From: a virus
Direction: 5' to 3' (one strand)
IMG/VR virus record: IMGVR_UViG_3300009157_000002
Coordinates: 9,949 to 73,948 of that record
DNA length: 64,000 nucleotides
The position numbers and the translations under genes were made by a program. The notes beneath the pieces were generated by a model. That model was not told where the DNA came from. It was given only the letters and a program-made list of their open reading frames with translations, and searched no databases. Of this stretch, positions 17,762-27,083 are shown piece by piece (within the stretch, counting starts at the first letter, position 1; every line of letters starts with the position of its first letter).

Positions 17762-17873
17762 TTTTGTAGGGGTTTTTAAAGGTTTAAAAATCATTATTAA
17801 TAAGTTGAATTTTTGCCTCATTGTAGAGGGGTGTATGGTTTTACTATTTGTTAGCGTTAATTAGTTCTTTCCA

Positions 17874-18080
17874 TTATTTGTGATAAATTCCATTATTAGG
17901 ATGTGGGTAAAAGCTGCCTTTATCCCCCTGTTTAGTGAATCCCATTGAACTATCATTTAACACAGTATCAAATAAGTGGTTTATATTTAGTGCGTTCCTG
18001 TGGCTTCTTAAATTGATTCGCTGGTGTACATTAAACTTCTTACACAGGCTTTCAAATGAATGTTTGGTTATACTTTTCAT
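17874..18080 (-). CDS. Hypothetical early protein
   Basis: 68 aa in a tightly packed operon. Confidence 0.55.
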   Translation of the reverse strand: MKSITKHSFESLCKKFNVHQRINLRSHRNALNINHLFDTVLNDSSMGFTKQGDKGSFYPHPNNGIYHK

Positions 18081-18091
18081 AGCAGCTATCT

Positions 18092-18355
18092 TTAATTTTT
18101 AGTTTTTAAGAAAACAGTACTTTTAATACCTCTTTCATTTCCGGGGAGACTTTTAATTTTATTCCATTGTTCTATATATTCCTCTGTAAGCCTTCTACGT
18201 TTAATTAGCCGATGCGGGGATGGTTCATTATCATTATAGCATTTAAGTTGCACCTTTGCGGCTTTAAATGTTTCCTCTGTGGTTGCATCTTCCCAGCCTT
18301 GACCGTAATACCCCTGTATTACATAATCGAATGTCCATTTATTTATCTTTTTCAT
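18092..18355 (-). CDS. Conserved small phage early protein
   Basis: VIQGYYGQGWED..CYNDNE..RLIKRR. Confidence 0.65.
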   Translation of the reverse strand: MKKINKWTFDYVIQGYYGQGWEDATTEETFKAAKVQLKCYNDNEPSPHRLIKRRRLTEEYIEQWNKIKSLPGNERGIKSTVFLKTKN

Positions 18356-18376
18356 GTCTTAAATTATTACTGTTAG

Positions 18377-18907
18377 TTAAATCATATCATAATTAACACC
18401 CGCATATTTTTTCTTTAACTCACTATTCCAGGGAAGATTTAAAAACAATGGTATCCAATGCGCTCCATAAAAAGAATATCCGCAGCCCCTTACAAATAAG
18501 ATTTGGTTAAAGTCTCCTAGCCCTTCAATAATCCCGAACCCCGCTTCAATAGCTGCGTTTATAACGTTATCATATTCTTTCTGTTTAAACTCGAAACAAG
18601 TGTTCCACATTGGATAATTCCTTTGCTCTATCTCTTCTCTTGCTGTTTCATATTCTGGGCACTCCTCAACGGTTTTATACTTTCTTTTCAATTGCTTTGC
18701 TGTTAAATTTGAATATTCGGCGATATTATCGAAAGTCAATTTCTCTTGCCTTATACATTCCATCAAACTGGTATTTTCTTTTTCTGCTACTATATTTAAT
18801 ACATCTAATTGTATAAAATTAAATGTCTCTACCCATTTAGATGTAAGGCTTCGTAATTCATTTGCAAGATTTAAATTTTCTTGTTCTGTTAATTTTTTAG
18901 TTTTCAT
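18377..18907 (-). CDS. Conserved phage early protein
   Basis: YPMWNTCF..GCGYSFYGAHWIPLF motif. Confidence 0.7.
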   Translation of the reverse strand: MKTKKLTEQENLNLANELRSLTSKWVETFNFIQLDVLNIVAEKENTSLMECIRQEKLTFDNIAEYSNLTAKQLKRKYKTVEECPEYETAREEIEQRNYPMWNTCFEFKQKEYDNVINAAIEAGFGIIEGLGDFNQILFVRGCGYSFYGAHWIPLFLNLPWNSELKKKYAGVNYDMI

Positions 18908-18934
18908 ATTTTGTTTTTTAAGGTTATTATTTAA

Positions 18935-19117
18935 TTAGCTTCTTTTTTTATTATAATTAAACATAAGTTCATAGTTTATATACAAGTCTCTTTTAGTGTA
19001 TGAGCGAAAACCAAAAACAACATGCTCAATATCCCAGCCTTGTATTACCATACTTTCGATTAAATAAACTATCATTTTTCGTCTGGTTAATTTTTTAAAT
19101 TCGTTTAATGTTTTCAT
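18935..19117 (-). CDS. Hypothetical early protein
   Basis: 60 aa, in operon. Confidence 0.5.
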   Translation of the reverse strand: MKTLNEFKKLTRRKMIVYLIESMVIQGWDIEHVVFGFRSYTKRDLYINYELMFNYNKKRS

Positions 19118-19203
19118 AGCTACAGTTTAATAAATGTTAATACCAAATGTTGTTGAACAAAACAATAGAACGGCAATAAAAATAGACAAAATAAAACTTA
19201 CAA

Positions 19204-19869
19204 TTAGCTGCGGATACGTGTATAAGGTTTTCTTGTTAATTCCTTGTAATTATCATACTTTCTAAATTCGCGCCTCACTCCATTTACTTCTACTATTATA
19301 GCCGTCCCTTTTGATTCCCATATAAGTAAGCCCGTTACTATTTCGATTCCTTGAAAGTTATACCTCTGACCTTTTCCCTTTCTCCACAAATTATGCTCTA
19401 ACTGAACCCAGATTTTTTTATTTTTTATTTTTTTTGCACGTTCTGAATCTTTACGCTTTTTGCAAATATTATATAATCGTTCTATTCTTGTTTTCTTTTT
19501 AACCTCCAAAAAATCCGCGAAATTTTTAGCTTCAGTTCTTTTATTATGCAATTCCAATGCTGTAAAATCTTTAACATCTATTGAAATAACTTCATAAATT
19601 TCATTGCTTGCATTATATTTTGCCACTACCCAGCCGGTTAGCTTATTATTAGGCACATCTGTAATGCAATGGTAACTGCCTTGACTGTAAAAATTCCAAT
19701 GATCTGAAACACGTATAATATTATCAGGTGTATTGTTCCATGTTTTACCCTCCTTAGAGTAAAATGAGCCGCTTGCATAGCGGTTATAAGGCGAAGCACT
19801 TACGCAAGTGTTTAATACGTAATTTCGCAGTTCTGCGGGCATTGCTAAAATTCCTGTTTCTATTTTCAT
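19204..19869 (-). CDS. Hypothetical early protein
   Basis: SASPY..SFYS..IRVSDHWNF motif. Confidence 0.65.
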   Translation of the reverse strand: MKIETGILAMPAELRNYVLNTCVSASPYNRYASGSFYSKEGKTWNNTPDNIIRVSDHWNFYSQGSYHCITDVPNNKLTGWVVAKYNASNEIYEVISIDVKDFTALELHNKRTEAKNFADFLEVKKKTRIERLYNICKKRKDSERAKKIKNKKIWVQLEHNLWRKGKGQRYNFQGIEIVTGLLIWESKGTAIIVEVNGVRREFRKYDNYKELTRKPYTRIRS

Positions 19870-19882
19870 TTTTTTTGGTCTA

Positions 19883-20065
19883 TTATATTAAATTTAAATT
19901 TGGTTTTAATTTGTTAATACATTTTCCCGAAGGGAACCAGGCACACGAAACCCATTTTTTCCCATTCCAAATAAGTCCAACCCAAATTTTTGCAGTTGCA
20001 TTAAATATTAGGTTATGAACCTTTACACCTGTTTTCGTTTCTATTGTATTTTTAAAGTTTTTCAT
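19883..20065 (-). CDS. Hypothetical early protein
   Basis: 60 aa, Trp-rich. Confidence 0.55.
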   Translation of the reverse strand: MKNFKNTIETKTGVKVHNLIFNATAKIWVGLIWNGKKWVSCAWFPSGKCINKLKPNLNLI

Positions 20066-20115
20066 TATTATTTACCGTTGCTGTGGCTCTCAGTTTTTTA
20101 GTGTTGGTTAAATTT

Positions 20116-20274
20116 TTAGTTTTTAATAATGATTTTATAAAGGTCATTTAGTCTTGTTGTTGCCTTCAATATATCCGCTTGTTTTTTTGCCTCTTTTTTA
20201 TTTTCCGCAGTAATATTTATTGTTTGTAATTCATTCCCTTCTTTATCTTCTAAAATCAGTTTGAAGTTTTTCAT
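20116..20274 (-). CDS. First small gene of the early leftward operon
   Basis: Likely start MKNFKL at 20274; upstream TAAATTTG and TACGTTTG -7 boxes on the minus strand. Confidence 0.5.
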   Translation of the reverse strand: MKNFKLILEDKEGNELQTINITAENKKEAKKQADILKATTRLNDLYKIIIKN

Positions 20275-20397
20275 GTTATTAGTTTTATATCTTATTACGC
20301 TACTTTTTTTAAAAGGTTTCAAGATAGTTGTTATTATTGAATACGAATCTACACAAACGTATTGACATAGCAAATTTAATACATTGTATTGTAACAC

Positions 20398-21683
20398 GTG
20401 CAGGCAAAGGGTTTTATAATATACACTATCTTGAAAGCCTTACTACCAAAGGACAATAACAGAATGAAAATAAATATTTAAATAAATTATTAAAAAACAA
20501 TGAAACACAATGAAAAGCAATGCAGTAAAGGGATTGAGCTATATATAATATATTTGAAGGTTAAAAGATTAGTAAGCTTAGTAAGAACTAAAGTATGAGT
20601 AAAAACTAAAGTAAGACTAAGAATAAAACGAACAGCTTTAGATCAAATCAAAACAATCCAGCGGTTGCACCCCCGAAGGGGAAGATAACACCCACCCAAA
20701 CCAAACAAAGAATTAACAGCAGCTTAAACAAGATCAAAAAAAAAACAACCTAACTAAATAACAATACATCATATATATTAAACGTAAATACTATAATTAA
20801 AAGCAAAGGCGCGCAAACGTAAGCGGGTGATACATTACCATTACCATACATGAGATCGTTCGCCATATCAATGCTAATGCAGCCATATTATTTAGAATCA
20901 TTCTAAATAAGGTTAAAAAGCTGTTTTAAGTGCATCTACGTTCAAATGGCTTCATTTGGTTGACTTTTTGAGTAAATAAAAAAAAAGGTAATCATATTGA
21001 ACCATTACTCAATAGATGAACGTAGAATAGGGTAAATTCCTGAATTATAGAAATTAACTTTCCTTTTAGCTCAAAATAAAGCTCAAAAACCCTCAAATTG
21101 AACGAATTTTACCGGCTGGAGACAAAAATACATAGCCGCTTATACTTGTCTTATAATTATTATTATGTTAAATAGAATTGAACTATCAATGTTTTCTTGC
21201 CCATTTAGGCAGTATTTAGCTTATCCCCTACCCTATCGCTTTCCTTTTACAGTTGTAGAAATATAAGATCCCCTATAAGGCAAAATATATAAGGCATGAA
21301 TAAATAAGCTAATGAATAATAGATCGTGGAACTAAGCGCAGGAAAAGCCCCTAAAAAAAGCATTCTTTTTTGTACAGGGGGCCGCCTTGATTCAAAAATA
21401 CATTCTCTTTTTACTGACCGGCAGGGGTCATATTATACCATTATACTCCTACTAAGACAAATCCACTTTGGTTATTGGTATTGTTGATTGATTCCTGCTA
21501 GTACCTTTTCAATTTAGGATTGGTATTGTTGTTAGATTGTATTCTTACTAACATAATCTTTCTCTTGGTTATAGGGAACAATAGTTGGTTGTTGGGTGTT
21601 ACTCTTTACTAAGACATTTCTGGTTTATGTAGTAGAATAATTGTCTTTTGTTTGTTATATAATCTTGGTAGGGTTAACGAGGG
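20398..21683. other. Long non-coding region (candidate genome end/pac or control region)
   Basis: About 1.3 kb with no ORF in the track; A-rich to T/G-rich skew switch; inverted repeats; one 23-bp box. Confidence 0.5.
20888..20910. promoter_or_regulatory. 23-bp palindromic operator (Fur/PerR-like box), copy 1
   Basis: TTATTTAGAATCATTCTAAATAA. Confidence 0.75.
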
Positions 21684-21968
21684 TTATGGTCCCTTTTCAC
21701 AGTCCCTTTGTTCTTTTAATTCAAATCGTTTAACCATTCTGTTATACATTTTGAGTTCAAAGGAAAGATCTTCTTCATATCGGATAGCTCGTGTTTGCCA
21801 TTCTTGAAAGCAGGTTTTACAGTAGTAAGAATTTAACACGGCGATATAAAATCCAGTGGTGGGTTTTTCAATACAGGAGTCGCAGAAACCGGGACCAATT
21901 TGCATGATTTCCTGATCTGACATTTCCAAAATGAGGAATCCGGAAGAGTGGATGATTTGTTTAGCCAT
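21684..21968 (-). CDS. Zn-finger phage protein
   Basis: CDSC..GFYIAVLN.YYCKTC. Confidence 0.7.
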   Translation of the reverse strand: MAKQIIHSSGFLILEMSDQEIMQIGPGFCDSCIEKPTTGFYIAVLNSYYCKTCFQEWQTRAIRYEEDLSFELKMYNRMVKRFELKEQRDCEKGP

Positions 21969-22068
21969 GTATATTTTTTATATCCGAGCCATCTTAGATA
22001 CTCCCTATATGTGATCGCATATAATTTCGTGTTTTTGCCCAAAATCGATGCGATCACATATAATAAAC

Positions 22069-22269
22069 TTAGGTTATTGTGTTTCTTTGATCAATTTCTG
22101 CCTTTATCATAGCACATATTTCAAAGTTTTCTGCTTGCTCGTTGGTTATGAGCATATTTTCCAGCCAATCTGTCGGACATGATCTAAATAATAAGGGATA
22201 GTTATTACAAAATAGTTTCATCTCAAATTCTTCGGCGAAACAATTGTGTTCAGGTAGAAATACTTTCAT
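22069..22269 (-). CDS. Small protein with UVR-like C-terminal motif
   Basis: ENFEICAMIKAEI. Confidence 0.55.
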   Translation of the reverse strand: MKVFLPEHNCFAEEFEMKLFCNNYPLLFRSCPTDWLENMLITNEQAENFEICAMIKAEIDQRNTIT

Positions 22270-22278
22270 TGGTTGGGA

Positions 22279-22815
22279 TCATAGTAGTTGAATTCTCATA
22301 GTCATGTCATGCTGGGCGGGTTGATCACCGCCAGCATAGGGAAAGTTATACCTGCCAAAAATAGGAACCCCTGAAAAGTCAAAGGGTACTGCTCTAAGTT
22401 TGGCATTTGTTGTTTCTGTATCTGAAATAACTAATACTTGATTCTTTTTCCTGTTAAAAAGCAAATCAAAACGGTGTGGTTCACCTGGCGGAGCTTCAAA
22501 TAATAATGCTTTTCCAGGATCTTCATTAGGTCCAGGATCTCTTACACCGTGATTATGGGCGTAGTAATGATACTGGAGGAGGCCATTTTGTTTGTAGCAA
22601 TTCCAGCCGGACCTAAAGCTATTATTATCTGGGTCCCAACCCCAGGTTACGCCAAAGAATTTATTGATGTCCTGGTTGTTTGCGTTTCCAAGATTATATA
22701 CACAGTTGGCATCCGGTGTAACTATAAAGGACAGGCTCTCTAATCCAAAATGAGTTTTGAAGTTTATTCCACTTGCGTAGAAGTTTCCTTCTTTTATTGT
22801 GTAGAGTTCTTTCAT
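22279..22815 (-). CDS. Hypothetical beta-sandwich protein (lectin/lyase-like?)
   Basis: DINKFFG..NSFRSGW..FPYAGGDQPAQHD; fold guess only. Confidence 0.5.
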   Translation of the reverse strand: MKELYTIKEGNFYASGINFKTHFGLESLSFIVTPDANCVYNLGNANNQDINKFFGVTWGWDPDNNSFRSGWNCYKQNGLLQYHYYAHNHGVRDPGPNEDPGKALLFEAPPGEPHRFDLLFNRKKNQVLVISDTETTNAKLRAVPFDFSGVPIFGRYNFPYAGGDQPAQHDMTMRIQLL

Positions 22816-22979
22816 GGCATTTTATTTATTGCTTCGATTATACCTTTAAATGTTAACAACAATACTTCTTTCTTTGCAGATGGATCTATTTGCACGTAAA
22901 CATCATAAACATCGTTTCCTTCCTCCGATTTTTTTATTGATGGATGTAGTTCAACTTTTGCAATCAATTTTACACTCAT
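22812..22979 (-). CDS. Hypothetical protein
   Basis: Likely start MSVKL; ATGA coupling to the next gene. Confidence 0.5.
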   Translation of the reverse strand: MSVKLIAKVELHPSIKKSEEGNDVYDVYVQIDPSAKKEVLLLTFKGIIEAINKMP

Positions 22980-22989
22980 AGTCCTTTTG

Positions 22990-23373
22990 TTATTTTTTAT
23001 CATTATTAAACCAATCTGCCAATTCTTGCTCACTGTATGAGCTTAGAACCTCGATTGCTTTTTTCTTTAGTGTTGCATAGTCCAACGTTTTTATTTCTTC
23101 CTTCTCTTCTTTCTCCTTTGAGGTGAGGGCTTTATATTCCTCCAATACTTGCGAAAAAGTGTTATATGGCAATACTCCTGCTCTATAAAAATAACGACCT
23201 ATTTTCTCTATCTCTTCGTCCGTTATTGATTGAGTAGGTAGTGCTTGTTTAAAACCATCTATAAATGAATCTTTAAAATTAACTTGATTTGTATTTGTAT
23301 ACCCTTTCAGCTTTGGATATTTAACTAAAACATAATCAATCGCTAAATTCTCTATTTCTTCTTCCGTTTTCAT
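22990..23373 (-). CDS. Hypothetical protein
   Basis: TEEEIE/TDEEIE repeated motif. Confidence 0.6.
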   Translation of the reverse strand: MKTEEEIENLAIDYVLVKYPKLKGYTNTNQVNFKDSFIDGFKQALPTQSITDEEIEKIGRYFYRAGVLPYNTFSQVLEEYKALTSKEKEEKEEIKTLDYATLKKKAIEVLSSYSEQELADWFNNDKK

Positions 23374-23666
23374 TATGTTTTTGTTATTATTAACCAGGTT
23401 GAAAATACTACAAATGCAATAGCGATTATCCCTACAACAATTGCCTCTACCTTTTTTCCATCAAACACCCATGTATTCCTAATTCCAGCAAAAACAGCTA
23501 ATAGAACAGATCCTCCAAGTAGAGAGAATATAATTAAGGGCAGGATTCCTACGTCTATATTGAATAGCTTTCCTGCCGTTATTCCAAGGACTAGCAAGAC
23601 AATTAACGTGATGGTGTAGTATTTATATTTCTTTAACGCTTCCCAAATTCGTTTTAACGTTTTCAT
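23373..23666 (-). CDS. Membrane protein (3 TM)
   Basis: Three hydrophobic segments. Confidence 0.65.
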   Translation of the reverse strand: MKTLKRIWEALKKYKYYTITLIVLLVLGITAGKLFNIDVGILPLIIFSLLGGSVLLAVFAGIRNTWVFDGKKVEAIVVGIIAIAFVVFSTWLIITKT

Positions 23667-23679
23667 AGGTTTGGTTTAT

Positions 23680-23916
23680 TTAGTTTTGTTGCGTTTTTTC
23701 ATAATCAATAGCTTTATTCAAATCTGGCTCGTAAGTTCCTGCTTTGCAAGGTATTTCCATGACAATCTCGTCATTTACGTGCAGATAGCCGGCGTTAATT
23801 TTACACCATTTAATAGCCAATTGTTTTGTTGGAGCCTCAACATTTTCTCCAGCAAATTCAACCAACTCGCCTGTTATATTATGAATTGCAAAAATTGATG
23901 TTCCCCAAACTTTCAT
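23680..23916 (-). CDS. Hypothetical protein
   Basis: Likely start MKVWGT. Confidence 0.55.
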   Translation of the reverse strand: MKVWGTSIFAIHNITGELVEFAGENVEAPTKQLAIKWCKINAGYLHVNDEIVMEIPCKAGTYEPDLNKAIDYEKTQQN

Positions 23917-23999
23917 AGGTTGATTATTACAATAAAGATAAATATTTATTCCGTGTCTAAACCATAGCCCATAGCAGGTTGTCTGCCGCATTGATTTCT

Positions 24000-24248
24000 C
24001 TAATCCTGCTCGTAAACCTTTAATTCATTTTCATCGAGATCGCTTTTGGTTATAGGTTTGAAGTTTAATTTTTCATAGTTGTTAAGGTCCTGTAATATAC
24101 AAGAATGTGCTATTTTTAATAGGTTTACTACTTTCGTTATAAACTTTGACCCACCCTCTTTAACGTGCTCGTTTCCTTCCTTAATAAGAGATTCAAATCT
24201 TTTTAAGTGAGAGCGTTCAAACTGGTATCCTTCTTCGTTGAGTATCAT
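24000..24248 (-). CDS. Hypothetical protein with HigA-N-like ILNEEGY start
   Basis: 82 aa, ATGA-coupled. Confidence 0.5.
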   Translation of the reverse strand: MILNEEGYQFERSHLKRFESLIKEGNEHVKEGGSKFITKVVNLLKIAHSCILQDLNNYEKLNFKPITKSDLDENELKVYEQD

Positions 24249-24496
24249 TTTTTAATAGTTTTTTGTTCGCCAGGAGTTCTTCTTCTTATAATTATTTCGA
24301 AATCTCCACTTATTTCCATTGTATTCAACATTAGAATATCCGTTTCTATGGTTATGTTATTATACCTAAACCCATCTCCAAAAATAGTATTCTCGAAAGT
24401 TATTCCAAACCGTTGATTTTTAAATAGCCGTTGTAGTAGCTCCATTAGTTTCTTATCTTTAGCATTGGCTAATGTAATTGGCGTTTTTTTCTTCAT
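24245..24496 (-). CDS. Hypothetical protein
   Basis: 83 aa, coupled. Confidence 0.5.
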   Translation of the reverse strand: MKKKTPITLANAKDKKLMELLQRLFKNQRFGITFENTIFGDGFRYNNITIETDILMLNTMEISGDFEIIIRRRTPGEQKTIKK

Positions 24497-24873
24497 AGCT
24501 TTATTGTGTTAATTGTTTCTTCATACTCTTTTACATTTTCTAGCAGGAAGTTATTAGCCGCTTGCAGCTTTTTTAGTTTTTCTACTTGTTGATTTTCCGC
24601 CCCAATGCTATTATTGTAAGAGATAATTGCATTTCCCTTTTCAATAAGCTTTTGAGTGTTTTTTATTAGCGTAAGGCAGTGCTGGTATTGCTCTTCATTC
24701 TGTATCATTTGGAAGTTTTTTGTTTGTATCAGGGTCATAAAATCATCATCGACTATGGCATCGGCAAGTACTATATATTTTTCAACATCCTTAGAATTTG
24801 TTGCTTTTAAAAGTTTGCCTAGCACATACCCTCTCCAAAAAGCTGCGTATGCGTTGTCTGTCGTATTATTCAT
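24493..24873 (-). CDS. Hypothetical protein with HigA-N-like IQNEEQY segment
   Basis: 126 aa. Confidence 0.5.
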   Translation of the reverse strand: MNNTTDNAYAAFWRGYVLGKLLKATNSKDVEKYIVLADAIVDDDFMTLIQTKNFQMIQNEEQYQHCLTLIKNTQKLIEKGNAIISYNNSIGAENQQVEKLKKLQAANNFLLENVKEYEETINTIKL

Positions 24874-24899
24874 AGAGTGATAGTGTTGGTTTTAAATTA

Positions 24900-25382
24900 T
24901 TATTCCGTAATATCATCTAACGAATAACCCATAGATTCTAGGAGTTTTTGAATGATGGTTATGGTAACATCTGCTTTGCCGTTTTCTATTCTGTGGATAG
25001 TTTGAGAAAGTATGCCAGACAAGGCATGTAAATCGTTGATGCTGATCTTCTTTTTTTCACGCAGTTGTCTTAGCTTTTTACCCATTTTTATTCGCTGCCC
25101 TTTCGAATGTTCATTAAAGAGCAATTGTAATTCCGGATGTGTGCCTCTTAAAATATCCCAAGGAATTATTATTCTAGTTGGCTTTGCAGGAACCGTTATC
25201 TCAAACGGATCAAAGCTTAAATTTAACCAGCGAACATCGGTATATCCAGGAGGAATAAATCGGTAAATATCATTGAATTGCACCATCTCCCCATTCTCAA
25301 AATAAATTTTAAGGCTGCCGTCAACCATTTTTGCATTTTCAATGCGTTGGTAGGCCGGATCATCCCAAGGGTTTTTTTTCAT
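24900..25382 (-). CDS. DUF2442-like domain plus XRE HTH protein
   Basis: LKIYFENGE..IPWD N-domain; GKKLRQLREKK..TIHRIENGK HTH. Confidence 0.75.
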   Translation of the reverse strand: MKKNPWDDPAYQRIENAKMVDGSLKIYFENGEMVQFNDIYRFIPPGYTDVRWLNLSFDPFEITVPAKPTRIIIPWDILRGTHPELQLLFNEHSKGQRIKMGKKLRQLREKKKISINDLHALSGILSQTIHRIENGKADVTITIIQKLLESMGYSLDDITE

Positions 25383-25632
25383 CTTGCTTTTTTAATTCGT
25401 TCTGTACGTAATTGTTTACCTGATCGAGTAAGTTTTGCAATGTTGAATTAATTTGATCCTTTTCTAATTTAAAAACTTCATCAAAAAGTAGTAATAACAT
25501 TTGTGAGGATGCAATCATAAAAACGTGTTTTAGCTGCTTGCGCTGTGTCGGCGGCATCTCTTCCTCAGTAAGATTCTTTCTTTTTAAGAAAAGCGAATAC
25601 TGATATTCTAAATTAAAAATCTCTTTTTTCAT
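25360..25632 (-). CDS. Hypothetical protein
   Basis: MPPTQRKQLKHVF motif, 90 aa. Confidence 0.6.
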   Translation of the reverse strand: MKKEIFNLEYQYSLFLKRKNLTEEEMPPTQRKQLKHVFMIASSQMLLLLFDEVFKLEKDQINSTLQNLLDQVNNYVQNELKKQDEKKPLG

Positions 25633-25688
25633 TTTTTTTATGGTTTGTTTATACTAAATAATTTTACTTCTTTTTACTCCATCCCATA

Positions 25689-26546
25689 TTAGACAAAGAG
25701 ATTTTGTTGCGAAACATAAGGAGTAAGCCTCTTTATAGTCATTTCGCAATACTCTTTGCTTATTTCGGACATCACACATTTTCTATTCATTAAATGACAC
25801 ATTTTTGCAACCGTTCCACTCCCACCGAAAGGCTCATAAATAACATCACCTTCGTTGCTCCAACTGTAAATATGGTCCTGTGCTAACTCTTCTGGAAAAG
25901 GAGCAGGATGCCCTGTTGGATTGCTTCCCGTTCCATAGCACCATAAATTCGCTCTGCGGCTAAATTCTGGAGTGGTGAAAAACTCATTCTTTTTAACGTT
26001 TGCCCCTTTATTTATAACCGCATCCTTTTTTCTTTTTGTCCCTACTGTCTTATTTACATGGTCGCATATAAAATTTATCGTTTTCGGTTTCCCTTTACTT
26101 AGAACAAACATATACTCAATCACATTGTAGTATCTTCCTTCTGTTGGTATTCTTGATGCTTTCTCGTAAAACATGGTATCATATAAGTTAAAGCCAATTT
26201 CTTTAAAGTATAAAGCCTGTTTAAATGAACTTCCTGTTTCGCTTCCATTTATAGTAGCATCACCCACAACCCATATTACTACGCCGCCTTCTTTTGTAAT
26301 TCTAAATAAGTTATCCGCCACATTTTTAAAAAAGAATGAATACCCATTATATATCCTCATTTGATCATACGGCGGTGAAGTCACCGTTAAATCAATGCAG
26401 TTATTCGGCATCCTAATCATAGTATCAAGGTTACTCTCATTATAAATCTCAATGCCGGAGTGCTTCCAAAAAGGCTCTGTATAAATTTGCATTGGCAATA
26501 TGCCTGCATGATGATCTAATTTCAATTTGTCACTTTGCATTGTCAT
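25689..26546 (-). CDS. DNA N4-C/N6-A methyltransferase (beta class)
   Basis: TSPPY, HPAPFP and EPFGGSGT motifs. Confidence 0.9.
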   Translation of the reverse strand: MTMQSDKLKLDHHAGILPMQIYTEPFWKHSGIEIYNESNLDTMIRMPNNCIDLTVTSPPYDQMRIYNGYSFFFKNVADNLFRITKEGGVVIWVVGDATINGSETGSSFKQALYFKEIGFNLYDTMFYEKASRIPTEGRYYNVIEYMFVLSKGKPKTINFICDHVNKTVGTKRKKDAVINKGANVKKNEFFTTPEFSRRANLWCYGTGSNPTGHPAPFPEELAQDHIYSWSNEGDVIYEPFGGSGTVAKMCHLMNRKCVMSEISKEYCEMTIKRLTPYVSQQNLFV

Positions 26547-26656
26547 TTTTATAACTCTTCTTTAATTTTATTTATGTCTACAGTTTTAAGCCACAATACA
26601 AAAAGATTGCTGCTCCTTTGCCTGGACTAACTTTCGCGCGATTGCAGAAAATTATT

Positions 26657-26674
26657 TTACATTTTTAAATGTAA
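26657..26674. promoter_or_regulatory. Operator, exact reverse complement of the 10610 site
   Basis: TTACATTTTTAAATGTAA in a divergent promoter interval; TACATTTG -7 box at 26691. Confidence 0.65.
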
Positions 26675-26759
26675 ATGTAATATGAAAGTTTACATTTGTA
26701 CCAATTTTTTCGAAATAATAGTTTACTTTTTTAAAATCTAAAATAAAACTAACTTTTTA

Positions 26760-27083
26760 ATGATAAAAACCTCACAAGAAATACTGGATGAAATAAGCAT
26801 CAAAAAAACCGGAGAGAGTTTTTACTTCGCGTGGCAGAAAGTAGGTGGCAGTTTAATGTCTCAAATTGTAACTGAAGCGATGGAAAAATTTAGATCTCTT
26901 TCCTTTTGGACCGAATATGATTGGAATAAACTAGAGAGTAGACCACCGGAATACGGAAAATATTTTGTTCATCGTAAAGATGGCAAGGTTCATTGGGAAA
27001 CATGGAACGGTAGCGGATGGGCCTATAACAAAAAAGTTATTACTCATTATGCGATAATTAAACCTGTTGAAAATAAAGCATGA
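26760..27083 (+). CDS. DUF551-like protein
   Basis: RPPEYGKYFV..WNGSGW..VITHY. Confidence 0.6.
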   Translation: MIKTSQEILDEISIKKTGESFYFAWQKVGGSLMSQIVTEAMEKFRSLSFWTEYDWNKLESRPPEYGKYFVHRKDGKVHWETWNGSGWAYNKKVITHYAIIKPVENKA

